From Histomonas meleagridis 2922-C6/04-290x (Eukaryota > Protista > Parabasalia), in assembly GCA_020184695.1 (NCBI GenBank), contig JAANOX010000276.1:124001-188000 (forward strand): a stretch of 64,000 nt of DNA. Reading direction: 5' to 3'. The translations under genes and the position numbers were made by a program. Positions 47,124-58,354 of the stretch are shown here, piece after piece (the first letter of the stretch is position 1; every line of letters begins with the position of its first letter). A model generated the notes under the pieces. It saw only the letters and a program-made list of their open reading frames with translations, did no database searches and was not told the origin of the DNA.

Positions 47124-48454
47124 ATGGATAAAAATAAAGAAAAACATTTTTTTGGAATTGATTTAGGTACAACGTATAGTAGTATTGCTCTGTCGTATGA
47201 CAACTATAGCCATATTGAATGTATTAGTGACGATTACAATAATATGTCAATCCCATCTTATGTTACAATCCAAAAAGATAATATTCTTATTGGTGAAAGT
47301 GCAAAGCAACAATATAATCCAGAATCTACATTATATGATATCAAGCGTTTGATTGGTAGACCATATAATAATTTTTTTGTTCAATGTGACAAAAAGAACT
47401 GGCCATTCAAAGTTGTATGTGGAGATGACAATTTACCTTCTTATGAAATACGATTTGACAATGAAACCAAAAGATATTCACCCATTGAAGTATCATCTTA
47501 TATTCTAAACTCTCTTAAGCAACTTGGAAGTGAATATATTGGCCTAAATCCGAATGATACTGATACAATTGGTCAAGTTATTACAGTTCCAGCGTATTTT
47601 AATTCCATTAAACGTGATGCTGTTATGGAAGCAGGGAAACTTGCTGGTCTTAATGTAGTACAAATTATTGATGAGCCGATTGCAGAAGCCATAGCATTTT
47701 GTCACGAGGAAGAAAGTATTTCGCCTCGTAAGTTATTAGTTGTTGATTTTGGGGGAAGTACGCTTGATTTAACTATTTTGCAAAAAGAAAACAATAGTTA
47801 TACAATCCTTGCCATTGGAGGTGATATGTATCTTGGTGGGCAAGACATTGATTATATTTTAACTGAATATTTTGCAAAACGATTTGAAGATAAATTCAAA
47901 CAAAATATTCATGAAGATAAATACGCGATGTTTCGGTTAAAAATGGAATGTGAAAAAGCGAAAAAATTCTTATCGCATTGTAATTGTGCAAGGATATCAT
48001 GTCCTCCATTATATAATGGAATTGATTTCACTGACTCAATAACACGGCCTGTTTTTGAAGATCTAATTAAAGGACTTTTAAGTGGTATATCACGATCAAT
48101 TGATAATGTATTCATTGAAGCAAGACTTCATAAAGAAGATATCGATGGTGTAATTCTTGTTGGTGGTTCATCAAAAATTCCATGTGTAAGAAAAATGTTA
48201 ACGGAAATGTTTGAAGATAAAATTATTTTAAATAGATCAATTGATCCTGAAAAAGCAGTAACATTTGGAGCAGCATTACTCGCAAGATCAAATGAAGCAA
48301 AAAAAGAAAAATGTTATAATGAAAAAGAAAAAAAGAAAAAAAGAAAAAAAAAATAGGTGCAGAATTTAAAATTGATAAAAATGGAATATTAAATGTATCA
48401 GTGAACGAAATGAATGCAGATGTATCTGCGGGAATCCAACTATGCAAGGAATAA
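47124..48454 (+). CDS. Hsp70/DnaK-like protein: full ATPase domain, largely deleted substrate-binding domain
   Basis: FGIDLGTTYS, VITVPAYF, DFGGSTLD, LVGGSSKIP. After a frameshift in an A-run (~48340-48355) the reading continues GAEFKIDKNGILNVSVNE (an SBD motif) to a stop at 48454. Likely ATG is 47124, after a TCATTTT Inr. Confidence 0.8.
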
Positions 48455-48831
48455 AAAAAGCATTCCAATTATTTCTTTTCATATTTCTTAATCAGCGAAT
48501 AGTAACATATTTATATCTTTAGATTCATAAAATATTACAAAAATAATATTCTAATTTGTAACACATGTTTCTGTAATTGGAAACAATTGATTTCCAAGAA
48601 AACATTTCGAGTGTTAATTCCATCAAATAAAAGTATTTTCAGAATTTAATTTTTTTTTTCACAAATATAGAGCAAGATAAGACAATTACTTTTGTGCCAG
48701 ATAACCAAATCTATAACTCAAATACAAGTATATAAATAGTTAATATTTACAATTATAATCTTTCTAGATATTCTAAATATCATGATTTTCCTTTTGCCGA
48801 AGTCAACGCATTACTAATAAGCTGATCTTTC

Positions 48832-49233
48832 CTAGATTCTGCCTCGAATCCTTTGAGCAAGTTGTACATCTTTTCTCATTAACGTAACACGTTTTGCATG
48901 TATAGCACAAAGAAGCCCATCTTCAAGCAATCCAACAAGATATGCTTCTGATGCTTGTTGAAGCGCCTCAACTGCATTTACTGACCAACGAAAATCGTGT
49001 GTTGTCATCTCTGTTGATATTTCCTTTACAAGCCTTGCAAAAGGAAGCTTTCTGATTAATAAATCTGTTGAGCGTTGATATTTTCTTACCTCTTTTTGCC
49101 ATGTATCGCCTGGTCTAAACCTTTTTTTTGTCTGTTTTTGTTCATGAGGTTGTAGTTGTACTCTATGTTTCACAGCTATTTTTCTTTTAGACCCAATATG
49201 AATTGGCGGGCTGCTGCTTCCTTCTGTATTCAT
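48832..49233 (-). CDS. CenH3: Centromeric histone H3 variant (CenH3/CENP-A-like)
   Basis: H3 fold with a divergent short tail and CENP-A-type substitutions: FARLVKEI (Q68 replaced), RW (F84W), EDG (T107 replaced), loop 1 one residue longer. Confidence 0.8.
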   Translation of the reverse strand: MNTEGSSSPPIHIGSKRKIAVKHRVQLQPHEQKQTKKRFRPGDTWQKEVRKYQRSTDLLIRKLPFARLVKEISTEMTTHDFRWSVNAVEALQQASEAYLVGLLEDGLLCAIHAKRVTLMRKDVQLAQRIRGRI

Positions 49234-49536
49234 TAAAGGAGCGTATTATGCCGTTTAGAAATTCCAAAACGAGCCGATCAAAATGGCGGCTTTTGAAGCT
49301 TAACGTTCTTATAATTTATAATCATTATTGAATAATCTTTCTAGTAATCACACAAAGTTAATAAAATATCAACAAAAATGCAACAATAGAATTGATCAAT
49401 AAAAATAATAGATTACGTTGGTGATAAACAATTTAATTTTTGTTTCTCCATTTAACACACTCACAATTCATTGAACAAACAATAAAAAATTATCGCAAAC
49501 AATTTTTACATATACAAAAAAAATTCATTTTGATGA

Positions 49537-50480
49537 TTATAACCATTGATCTGTTTCATTATATACCGAATTTTTTATATCATCAATTTGATTATTTACA
49601 TTTTCTTCATTTGCTTCATCCATTTTTATTTTACTTTTATCTTTTGATTGCTTTTTGTATTTTTGATGCTTAAACAAAAAGATAACAATTCCGATAATGA
49701 TAGCAATTAATAAAACAGCTGAACAAACAATTGCAATTATATCTGTTTGAGATATTTTATTTGAATTTGGTTCTGCAACTTCATTAGAAAATAACAACAA
49801 ATTTGTATAATAGCCAACATAATAAGTGTACTGAACATTTGTGTAATGATAATATATAAATTGTGTCGTAATGAAATAAAAATTTGAATCAAAACATGAA
49901 ATAAAATATGTGTTCAAAATAGACGAAACAAAAATACTTAAAGTTTCAGTATATATTAATGTATATGTGAATGAAAGGGAAACAGATGCATGCGTATCAT
50001 TTGTAAATGTGTCTAATTGTAAATATGTATTCGAATATGTGTTTGATGGCATGAATGCGTTTGATTGTGTAAAAGTATCAGAAAATGTATTCGATGACAT
50101 GAATATGTTTGATTGCGAAAATGTATTTGTTGATGGGATACATTCATCTTGTAAATCGATAGAAAAACCACCAAATGTATCATTTCTGTATAAAGGAGTA
50201 ACCATAACTGTTCTAATTGGAATGTTATTGAATGCAATTTCATGAATTTTTGGTGACTTTTTTCCACCAAAAAATATGCATTTAAGAGAAGAACAATTAT
50301 AAAATGCATTAGCTTCAATATTTATAACATTTTCTCCAATAATAACTGTGTTCAAATTTATGCATGAACAAAATGATCCATAACCAATAGTTGAAACTGA
50401 TTCAGGAATTACAATATTTTTTAAACTCGTGCAAAACTGAAATGTATCTTGGTTAATTATTGTAATATTTGCTTCAATTT
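49537..50480 (-). pseudogene. 5'-truncated BspA-like gene with SNTF repeats and TM anchor
   Basis: The frame extends upstream of the listed ORF (ANITIINQDTFQFCTSLKNIVIPESVSTIGYGSF...) to an in-frame TGA near 50480 with no start or signal peptide; C-terminal TM and DQWL tail. Confidence 0.65.
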
Positions 50481-52214
50481 CTCACATAGCTCAAGACTAC
50501 GGCTCGTTTTTCTCTTTTCCTTTCGTAAAACAAAATGGAAATTTTGAAAAAAAATTTGTTTGCAATTTTATTATATGAACCATTACGTTAGATGTGTTGT
50601 AAAAATTGTGGCTTAAATCAAAGAAGTTAATGTGACTATATGTGTAGGGGTATGATGAATGGTGCTCCCGGATTTGAAGGGAATTGAACGCATCGAATTT
50701 TCCGATTTTGTAAACCATGCAAATAAAGCTCATTCAATTGCGTTTCAATTAAAATAATTTCGCCTAAAATATTCTATGGAAATATAAAATGACATATACG
50801 ATACAACAAAAATTTGAATGCTTTTGAAAATTCTTAATATTATGACGAGGGAAATTGAATTAATTCAATTTTCAATCAACAATTTGTATCGTTGCATTCA
50901 TCATTAAACTTTCATATGTCTCAAAATTTGATGAATATAATACAAAATGGTAAAAACGTAATTTTGTGAAGAACCAGCACTTGATCGCATATGTTAAATC
51001 GAAGTTAATTTATGTACATATTAATATCAAATTATATAAAAAAATATACATGCGAAAATTTTATAAATATTCGATGCAATGAATCGAATATGTATTTCTT
51101 ATCATAATTTTATTTGAATACAATATTCCATTTTTAATGAGATTATATAATACATTTTATATAAATTAGATATATACCTATCTACCGATCGAAAAAATAT
51201 ATATTTTGATCAATATCATAATTAAAACATTAATCAAATTTGAGCCACTCAATAAATTTTTAAATTTACAATATATGAAGAATATAATCATTAACATGAA
51301 CAATCATTCTCTGAATATAATTAATATAAGTATTTGATAATATGTCAATATTAACAATTTATAATCGATAAGAATATTTTTGTCTCGAAGAATGTTTTAT
51401 ATTGGCAATAATAATATGTTTAATATATTATCTAACTCTATATAATTCACATGATGATTTCTTTTTTGAATGATATACTGTATGATATAATAAAATTCAA
51501 TATCGATATTAATGAGAGATTCGATCGTTGCTTAACAAAATTAATTTTATTTTCAAATAATAATATACATTAATCGTTGTTATAATATTATGAAGAAAGA
51601 CTTTGTTGTTATAATATTATGAAGAAAGTCACGATCAAAAACTATTTCGGTACAACTCTAATATATTGCAATTATAAAATGTTATTTAATGATATTTTTC
51701 AGTTTATTGTATTTTGCTTATATGTGAAGAAATTAGAGAAATGATGCTTTTGATTATTTTTACTTATTCTTCAAAACATCTGCAAAGGTATCATAGATAA
51801 CAGCACATTCCACTGAATGGGAAGATATAACTTAAGATGAAAAAAATTCAATTTTTGAATTTTGATTGCCATATTCAAAGTCATAATTAATTTTCATCAA
51901 CCAACAAATAAATTTTATTATTATATATGAATTCAAAAAATATATCTTAATATCTTAAAAAAATATCATATTTCATAAAACTTAATACTTTATATATGTT
52001 TTAACATATCGAAAATCTCTTCCCACCAAATTTATTTCATGAAGTATAGTATCTTTTTTTCAATTTAGATGGGATCAGCAGAAGATTCCTTTGTAATTTT
52101 TCGCATATGTAAAGCAGCTCCTTCTACTAAAGATTTTTGAATACTTTTTCAATTCAAAACGATAAATTTCAGCACAAAAATAGAATCGACTACAACATAA
52201 GTTTAGTTCTTCCA

Positions 52215-54959
52215 TTACTCCAATGGCTCAGGCACTTTATCCTTCACAATTCTTACAGCCGACAACTTAATTCCGTTATATTCCTTATTCAATTCCTTAA
52301 ATATGAACTTTGCTGCTCTCGAGTCTATTGGCTGTATCACCACTCTTTTCTTATCTTTTTCGACGGCTGATTTTGTGATTTTCATTTCGTATTTACCTTT
52401 TCCTTCGCAGAGCCCTTTAATTATTTCTTCATTTATCTCATTTGGTAATGGGTCCATAACTATCGCTTGTTTATTTGACTCTTTTTTCTCTCTTTTAGCA
52501 GGTTCCGGAAACGTGAACGGTGGCGGATTTAATATATCTTCGACTCTAACGCGATTTGGTTTAATCTCTTTAATGCCAAGGAAATAATCCCTAATTAACT
52601 TATACACTTTATTCGCGACGGAGTTCTTATCGGTATAAATTATTGCTCTTTTCATACCTTCAAACTTAGGTGAATCATTAATAAATACATGACAGAAGTT
52701 GATGTACTGTAATGTACATGCTGATTGTATTTGTTCGATTGTGGTCGTCGCCAAAATTGGATCAATTAAGATCGCAATTCGATATTTACATTCTTCGCAA
52801 AGTTTGTTGGGAGCTTCAACTTTGGTTAACATGAGTTCTTCCGGATTTAAGACATTACCAAAGTCGTAAACAGTAGTAACATACGCATTGTTGATGTCTT
52901 GGAGTATGTTTTGCGCTTCTTCTTCATGTTTCATCATGACATATGTGTTGCCATGAGAAAAGATAAATCGCTGAACAGTGCCATACGTTTGGCATTGCGC
53001 GTATAATGAGTCGTCTTCTTCATCAATGAATGTGACCCATTGTTTACGTTGATTCGTTTTCCAAAATGATGCGCCAATATGTCCGCCATTGAGTATCGCG
53101 GTTCGAATGAATAACCCATCTATAGAACTGTGAGTTAAGGATTCTCGGGCTTTGGAGGCGGATTCAGATGTGGAAAACGTGACTTCTTTGATGTTTAATT
53201 CCATGAGATCATTGAGATCTCGAGTAATGATATTGGTAATTGTCCCAAATTGACTACAGAGTGTAAGAATTTTGGAGTCTGTGGTTTGGAATCCTAAATC
53301 TCGTATAACTATGGTATTAAGTTCTGGAATGATTTGAGATAAAGGTTCATTTGTGTTGGCTAACTGTGCTTCTTGGATGTTATAAAATTGAACACGGCCA
53401 TAATTAAAGCGTGAATCGTAATAGGCTTGATAGATTGTTCCATACTTGGAATATTTGGCGCGGAGTGATTGTGAATCTAAATTTTCTGAAACTTGAAGTT
53501 CAAATTGACGCATAAATCTAAGGTGTGGTTCTTCTGTAAAACGCGCAACACGAATTTCATATCCATTTACATTTGTGTAGTTCACTTTTTGAATTGACTC
53601 TTCAGCTTCATTAACGGTCGAAAAAGTGACTATTGCACTTTTTGGAACGTTTTCGTCTGATCGTCTTAACGTGTACGCGTCGGTTATGAGGCCGATACCA
53701 TTGAAAAGTGACTTTATCTCTTTGATGGTAAAAGTTGGAGGAAGATTTGAGATACGAATCATTGGTAAGAAGTGAGGGAAGTCAAATATTTCGAGTTTTG
53801 TACCCCTTATAATCAAGTTAGGTAGGAATAGCTTCATAAGATAAGAGCTTTTAGCTAATCTTGGTTCAATAATTATATATGAATCTTTTACGGAATAAGT
53901 TGTATTTGTTCCAAAACAAATGAAGAGGTCTTCCAAAACATCAGTATTTTCAATAGGGAAATCCTTCATGAACAAAAAATCATAATCAGTTGAATCTTTC
54001 GGATCAATATTTGACTCGATTTTTGTAATTGAATCACATTCCACTTTAATATCTTTGATTTCTTTAGGGTTAAACCAAGATACGAACAAATATGTCTTGT
54101 CCTTAAATGTAAATGTTGACACAATATCAAGATCATCACTTTCGAATATCTTTCGAAGTTGAGTCGGAATTACTGTACCTCTGTAACCATTGACAATAAA
54201 TGGATATGTTCTTTTAATCGAAACACGTTTGAAGAGAATGTTAAATTTCCCTTTTGGTTGTACTTTTCTTCCAATATTTGTTGGATTTGGTTTGGCTTGC
54301 TTTCGTACGCGAGGAACTTTCGGCGCTCTGACGTATTCTTTTGGTGGTGGGAAATTTGGATATGATTTGAAAAGTGCAACAACATCAAATGCTGCATAAA
54401 TGACTTGTGTAACTGAAAGACTTGGGACGCTCCAATCAGATTTGGTAATGTCAGGGTTCTTAAACTCATCAGTTGGCTTGCCAGCAAATTGGATTGTCAT
54501 TTCTCTAAAATTCTCTGAATAATGATATGGAACAAGACGTGTTTTGGCAATGTCTTCGATATTTTGAAGTGAGTGAAAATCAAAATTAAACTTTTGTTTG
54601 AGATGGATAAAATCATTCCACATGCCTTTGCCATAGAATTTGTTGTTTTTGATGAAATTACATAGATCTTCATTTCCTGGACCATCTGGATGACGAATTA
54701 TTAAAACACCTTTGGAAGAACAGAACTGAAATAAACATAATTCTGTTTCCCATTCTAAATCAATTGCCATTGGATTTCCATCGATAATTTTATTCAAATA
54801 TTCAGTGAGATTTGGTGTTTCTGTTGAAATCAATGTAACATCATAAATATCATTTGGGAAAAATTCAATAAGATGTCTTTCTAAAAGCTCCCATTTGGTG
54901 GATAGATATGATAAATAAGGAGGGTTACCTTCCCCGAAATGTATTTCGGTGGGAAGCAT
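52215..54959 (-). CDS. DEDDy 3'-5' exonuclease (WRN/EXD/Mut-7-like) fused to multiple RRM-like domains
   Basis: AIDLEW (ExoI), KGMWND (ExoII), ITKSDWS...QVIYAAFDV (ExoIII). RRM patterns include IRISNLPPTF...KSAIVTFST, YGRVQFYN and IVIRDLG...KEVTFSTSESA. Confidence 0.8.
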   Translation of the reverse strand: MLPTEIHFGEGNPPYLSYLSTKWELLERHLIEFFPNDIYDVTLISTETPNLTEYLNKIIDGNPMAIDLEWETELCLFQFCSSKGVLIIRHPDGPGNEDLCNFIKNNKFYGKGMWNDFIHLKQKFNFDFHSLQNIEDIAKTRLVPYHYSENFREMTIQFAGKPTDEFKNPDITKSDWSVPSLSVTQVIYAAFDVVALFKSYPNFPPPKEYVRAPKVPRVRKQAKPNPTNIGRKVQPKGKFNILFKRVSIKRTYPFIVNGYRGTVIPTQLRKIFESDDLDIVSTFTFKDKTYLFVSWFNPKEIKDIKVECDSITKIESNIDPKDSTDYDFLFMKDFPIENTDVLEDLFICFGTNTTYSVKDSYIIIEPRLAKSSYLMKLFLPNLIIRGTKLEIFDFPHFLPMIRISNLPPTFTIKEIKSLFNGIGLITDAYTLRRSDENVPKSAIVTFSTVNEAEESIQKVNYTNVNGYEIRVARFTEEPHLRFMRQFELQVSENLDSQSLRAKYSKYGTIYQAYYDSRFNYGRVQFYNIQEAQLANTNEPLSQIIPELNTIVIRDLGFQTTDSKILTLCSQFGTITNIITRDLNDLMELNIKEVTFSTSESASKARESLTHSSIDGLFIRTAILNGGHIGASFWKTNQRKQWVTFIDEEDDSLYAQCQTYGTVQRFIFSHGNTYVMMKHEEEAQNILQDINNAYVTTVYDFGNVLNPEELMLTKVEAPNKLCEECKYRIAILIDPILATTTIEQIQSACTLQYINFCHVFINDSPKFEGMKRAIIYTDKNSVANKVYKLIRDYFLGIKEIKPNRVRVEDILNPPPFTFPEPAKREKKESNKQAIVMDPLPNEINEEIIKGLCEGKGKYEMKITKSAVEKDKKRVVIQPIDSRAAKFIFKELNKEYNGIKLSAVRIVKDKVPEPLE

Positions 54960-56014
54960 AAAAAATGAATATTCGACTGGTGTATTGAGGTGGTACCGCC
55001 CAAATACGTTATAAAGTATTCAAAATGTTGTTGATTGTTTGGTTGGGCGAAGTCAAAATTTACACACAAAAAGCACTTGAGAAAAAGACCGTTTAAATAG
55101 TGGAACGGTGTTTCGTTGGAATTCAATATTTATTATTTTTAAGTATTAGTAAATCATCCAAGTGTCCATCATTTCATTTATTATAAAGAGCTATTTCATT
55201 GTGTAGTGAGAGATTTTCTAACTGAATATGATTTCAATCATCAATTTAATGGGAAAAAACGGATCTAATATGCTGTAATTATTGAATCGCATTCTGCGAG
55301 CCTACTGTGTTATGTATATTGTAGTAATGAAAACTGCCCATGTTATTAAATTGGGAACAAACAATTTCACACACAAATTTCCCAAAAGATTATATGGATT
55401 TTTAATCAGCATATATCTGATGTCGAAAGAGAAGAAGCTGATTATATTATTAAAAAAATTATTGGAAATAATTTAAATGAATTTTAGCAAAGAACATAAT
55501 TAAGTGAAGCAAAACTATAGTTCAAAAATAATTATTTTAGGGTTATAATGAACTATGCCTTGTCTGATAATAAATTCAACAATGAAATATACACATTTGC
55601 ATTTTGAACTTGGAAATTAATATATAAACTGCGCGATATAAAAATCATAAAAGAAAGAACACCTAGGATCAACAATTACTTCTATTATTTTCGAAACATG
55701 CTTTGCTGTTGACTTAATATTGTTTTCATTGAATGCTAAATTTCTTAATTGTAATGATTTCTGAAAGAATTTTTTATATTGGTGGAAGCTAAAAAGTTAT
55801 CCAAAAAATCATGGATTAAACCATCACTTTATGATAGATGTACATTTATTAAACACAATAATTTCAAATTAATTGATTATGAGGCAATAAATGTTAACAT
55901 ATATCTCGTTAACGAGTGTACAAGACACAACTAACCATGATTAAACGATATATATATTCACAGATAAAATAATTCTAAATAATAAGTGTATAGAAATTTT
56001 ATTTGAAAACATTT

Positions 56015-57190
56015 TTAAAGTGTGGATGAAGAAAAAGTATATGAAAGAAGAAAATTGCATAGTTTTATCCAACTTGTATTTTGTGGAATTATTGAGTTTA
56101 GATTTTGTTTTATGAAATGTTTTCTTTCTTTTTCGGACTTTTGAAAATATGCTTTCATACAATCAATATTCTTTGTTAGTTCATTGATTTTGTTTTGTAA
56201 TTTAGATATGATTATGTCACTATCATGTTCTTTTGTTTGTTGATTGCTGATGGAATCTATTAAAACAGTAACTTCTTGATCAATAGAAACGTTTGATTCT
56301 GGCGTTGTTAACCATCTTTTAATTCTTTTAATACAACATTGAAGATTAACATCATCAGACTTTTGAACAAATAAATGAGAAAATTTTTCTATTCTTTCTT
56401 TTTCTTGTAAATAGTCTATTTTATAATTTTTCATTTCATTTATTTTGTATTTAAGTACTTGGTAATCTATTTCATCTTTTTGATTTGTATCAAGTATTGT
56501 TGATTGAAGATTTTGAAGTTGATATTTTGCCTTTCTGAACTGATTTTGAAGATTTTGGAAGGAATCATTGCTTTGTTTTAAATAATTAATAATAGAATCA
56601 GCCAAATTGTGATCATTTATAGCTTTTGGTATTATGTCAACAATGTCTTTATGATTTAATATCTTATTAGAATCGAATTTAAAAGCATTTGGATTTTCCA
56701 TGTTTTTTCGAATAAGTTTTAGTTCAGGTAAAATTTCAATACCAAATGAAGAAAGCCTATTAATAAGAGGTAGACAGTCGAAATTTTTTTGTGAGACATT
56801 TTTAAAAACCGAAGAAACATTATTTTTAATTTGTTCAATAATGTTATTTTGCTGATCAATAATAGATAAAGAAGTATACGCTACCTTAAGTATTTCATCA
56901 CGGTCCTTTAAGAGCTTTTGAATCTCTTTTCCTTGGGAATCAAAAGTTTTATCAAATTCATCTAGAACTTCAAATATTATAGAATCAGAATTTTTTTCAT
57001 CATTAGGTTGTATTTGAGGAAAATTTTGTTGTGCCTTAAGTAGTTGATTTTCTTCTTCCAAAATATTGATTTTTAATTTTTGATCATATATTTCTTTTTC
57101 TAACTTTTTTATCCTACAGCGAAGCTTCTTCTCTTTTTCTTGTAGACTTAAAAAATCCTTTTTTAGATTTGAACAGTGTTCGCAAATCAT
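56015..57190 (-). CDS. Coiled-coil hypothetical protein
   Basis: Long open frame rich in K/E/Q/L heptads; likely start MICEHC at 57190. Confidence 0.75.
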   Translation of the reverse strand: MICEHCSNLKKDFLSLQEKEKKLRCRIKKLEKEIYDQKLKINILEEENQLLKAQQNFPQIQPNDEKNSDSIIFEVLDEFDKTFDSQGKEIQKLLKDRDEILKVAYTSLSIIDQQNNIIEQIKNNVSSVFKNVSQKNFDCLPLINRLSSFGIEILPELKLIRKNMENPNAFKFDSNKILNHKDIVDIIPKAINDHNLADSIINYLKQSNDSFQNLQNQFRKAKYQLQNLQSTILDTNQKDEIDYQVLKYKINEMKNYKIDYLQEKERIEKFSHLFVQKSDDVNLQCCIKRIKRWLTTPESNVSIDQEVTVLIDSISNQQTKEHDSDIIISKLQNKINELTKNIDCMKAYFQKSEKERKHFIKQNLNSIIPQNTSWIKLCNFLLSYTFSSSTL

Positions 57191-57399
57191 AAACAACAAA
57201 TTTTCCCGGCAAAATGTTAACGTATTTGGGGCAGTTCATTACACACATATTTTATCAGAAATAAAAATCTTAACCATTAACCTTATCTTCAGCTATAAAA
57301 TTTTGATCTTATAATCAATAAAATATTGTGATTTTTGTGGTCTTTTTTTGAATTACATTAGTGAATATAACAAATAATTGAGTATGATTTTATGTATAT

Positions 57400-57640
57400 C
57401 TTCAAATCGAAACACAACTTTTTTAACTAATTCATTATCATCATAATATTTCCAAAGCAAACATGAAATTTTATTGAACTTTAAACCTTTATATAAGAAT
57501 TATCCTTTTTTTATTGAGAGTACCATATATATTTTAGAACCAGAAACAATTTCATATTCATCAATTGTTTTGTCATCACTTGGCTCTTTTCCTTTATAGG
57601 GAAGCTTTTTTGGACTTTCTGCATATAATATTGAGAATAA
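57400..57640 (-). pseudogene. Ubiquitin-like domain relic
   Basis: The minus strand reads PKKLPYKGKEPSDDKTIDEYEIVSGSKIYMVL (cf. ubiquitin [21 protein letters not shown]...LHLVL); flanking frames are disrupted. Confidence 0.45.
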
Positions 57641-58354
57641 GATAATTTGGTCGAATTATTTCTTTTTTATTACCTTAAAAAAGTTTAATGCTGAATATTT
57701 AATGTAGCAACATATGAAATTTGTCAAATTAATTCGAGAATCAATTTTATTACACACCGATTCGTAATTTCTCGATTTCTAATATTTTATCACGCAATGA
57801 ATGTCTCCAATATTTGGCAATAATTTATTAAGATCGCATATTTTTGCAACGAAAAACAGTCGGTTATATTCGAATACTTGAATTACACAACAATCTTTCT
57901 AAGAAATTTTTGAATAGTTTTTGGAAAAAATTGTATACAAAAATGGCGTTAATTTCAGATAATCACACAAATTCAATAATCCTAATAATCGATTGAATCA
58001 TTGTGAAAAATCATTTTAGACAAATACATATATCTTCGAATATAAATAAAGTTACATCCAATCACATATAAATAATTCCAAACAATTGATGGGTTCCATA
58101 ATATATTAATATATATATCCATATATAATCAGTTTTTGTTCAATATCGAAAAAAAATTAATAAAAATAAAATTATGCGATAAATTTTCTCGAGCCCACAA
58201 AAGTGAATTTGATCGTTTTTTATCTTCAGAAAATTTAACTTCATTGTATCAAAAGCGTATTTTGATAAGTTTATAGCGTACGCGAACACATTCATTAACA
58301 GCAGTTCTGAAATTTCTTGTTTTTGTGTAATAATACAAAACATATTAATTTTGC

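Noticed and set aside
50480-50760. Possible foreign insertion truncating the 49.5-50.5 kb BspA gene (ORF 50497-50733)
   Set aside because: No transposase motif, TIR or TSD identified.
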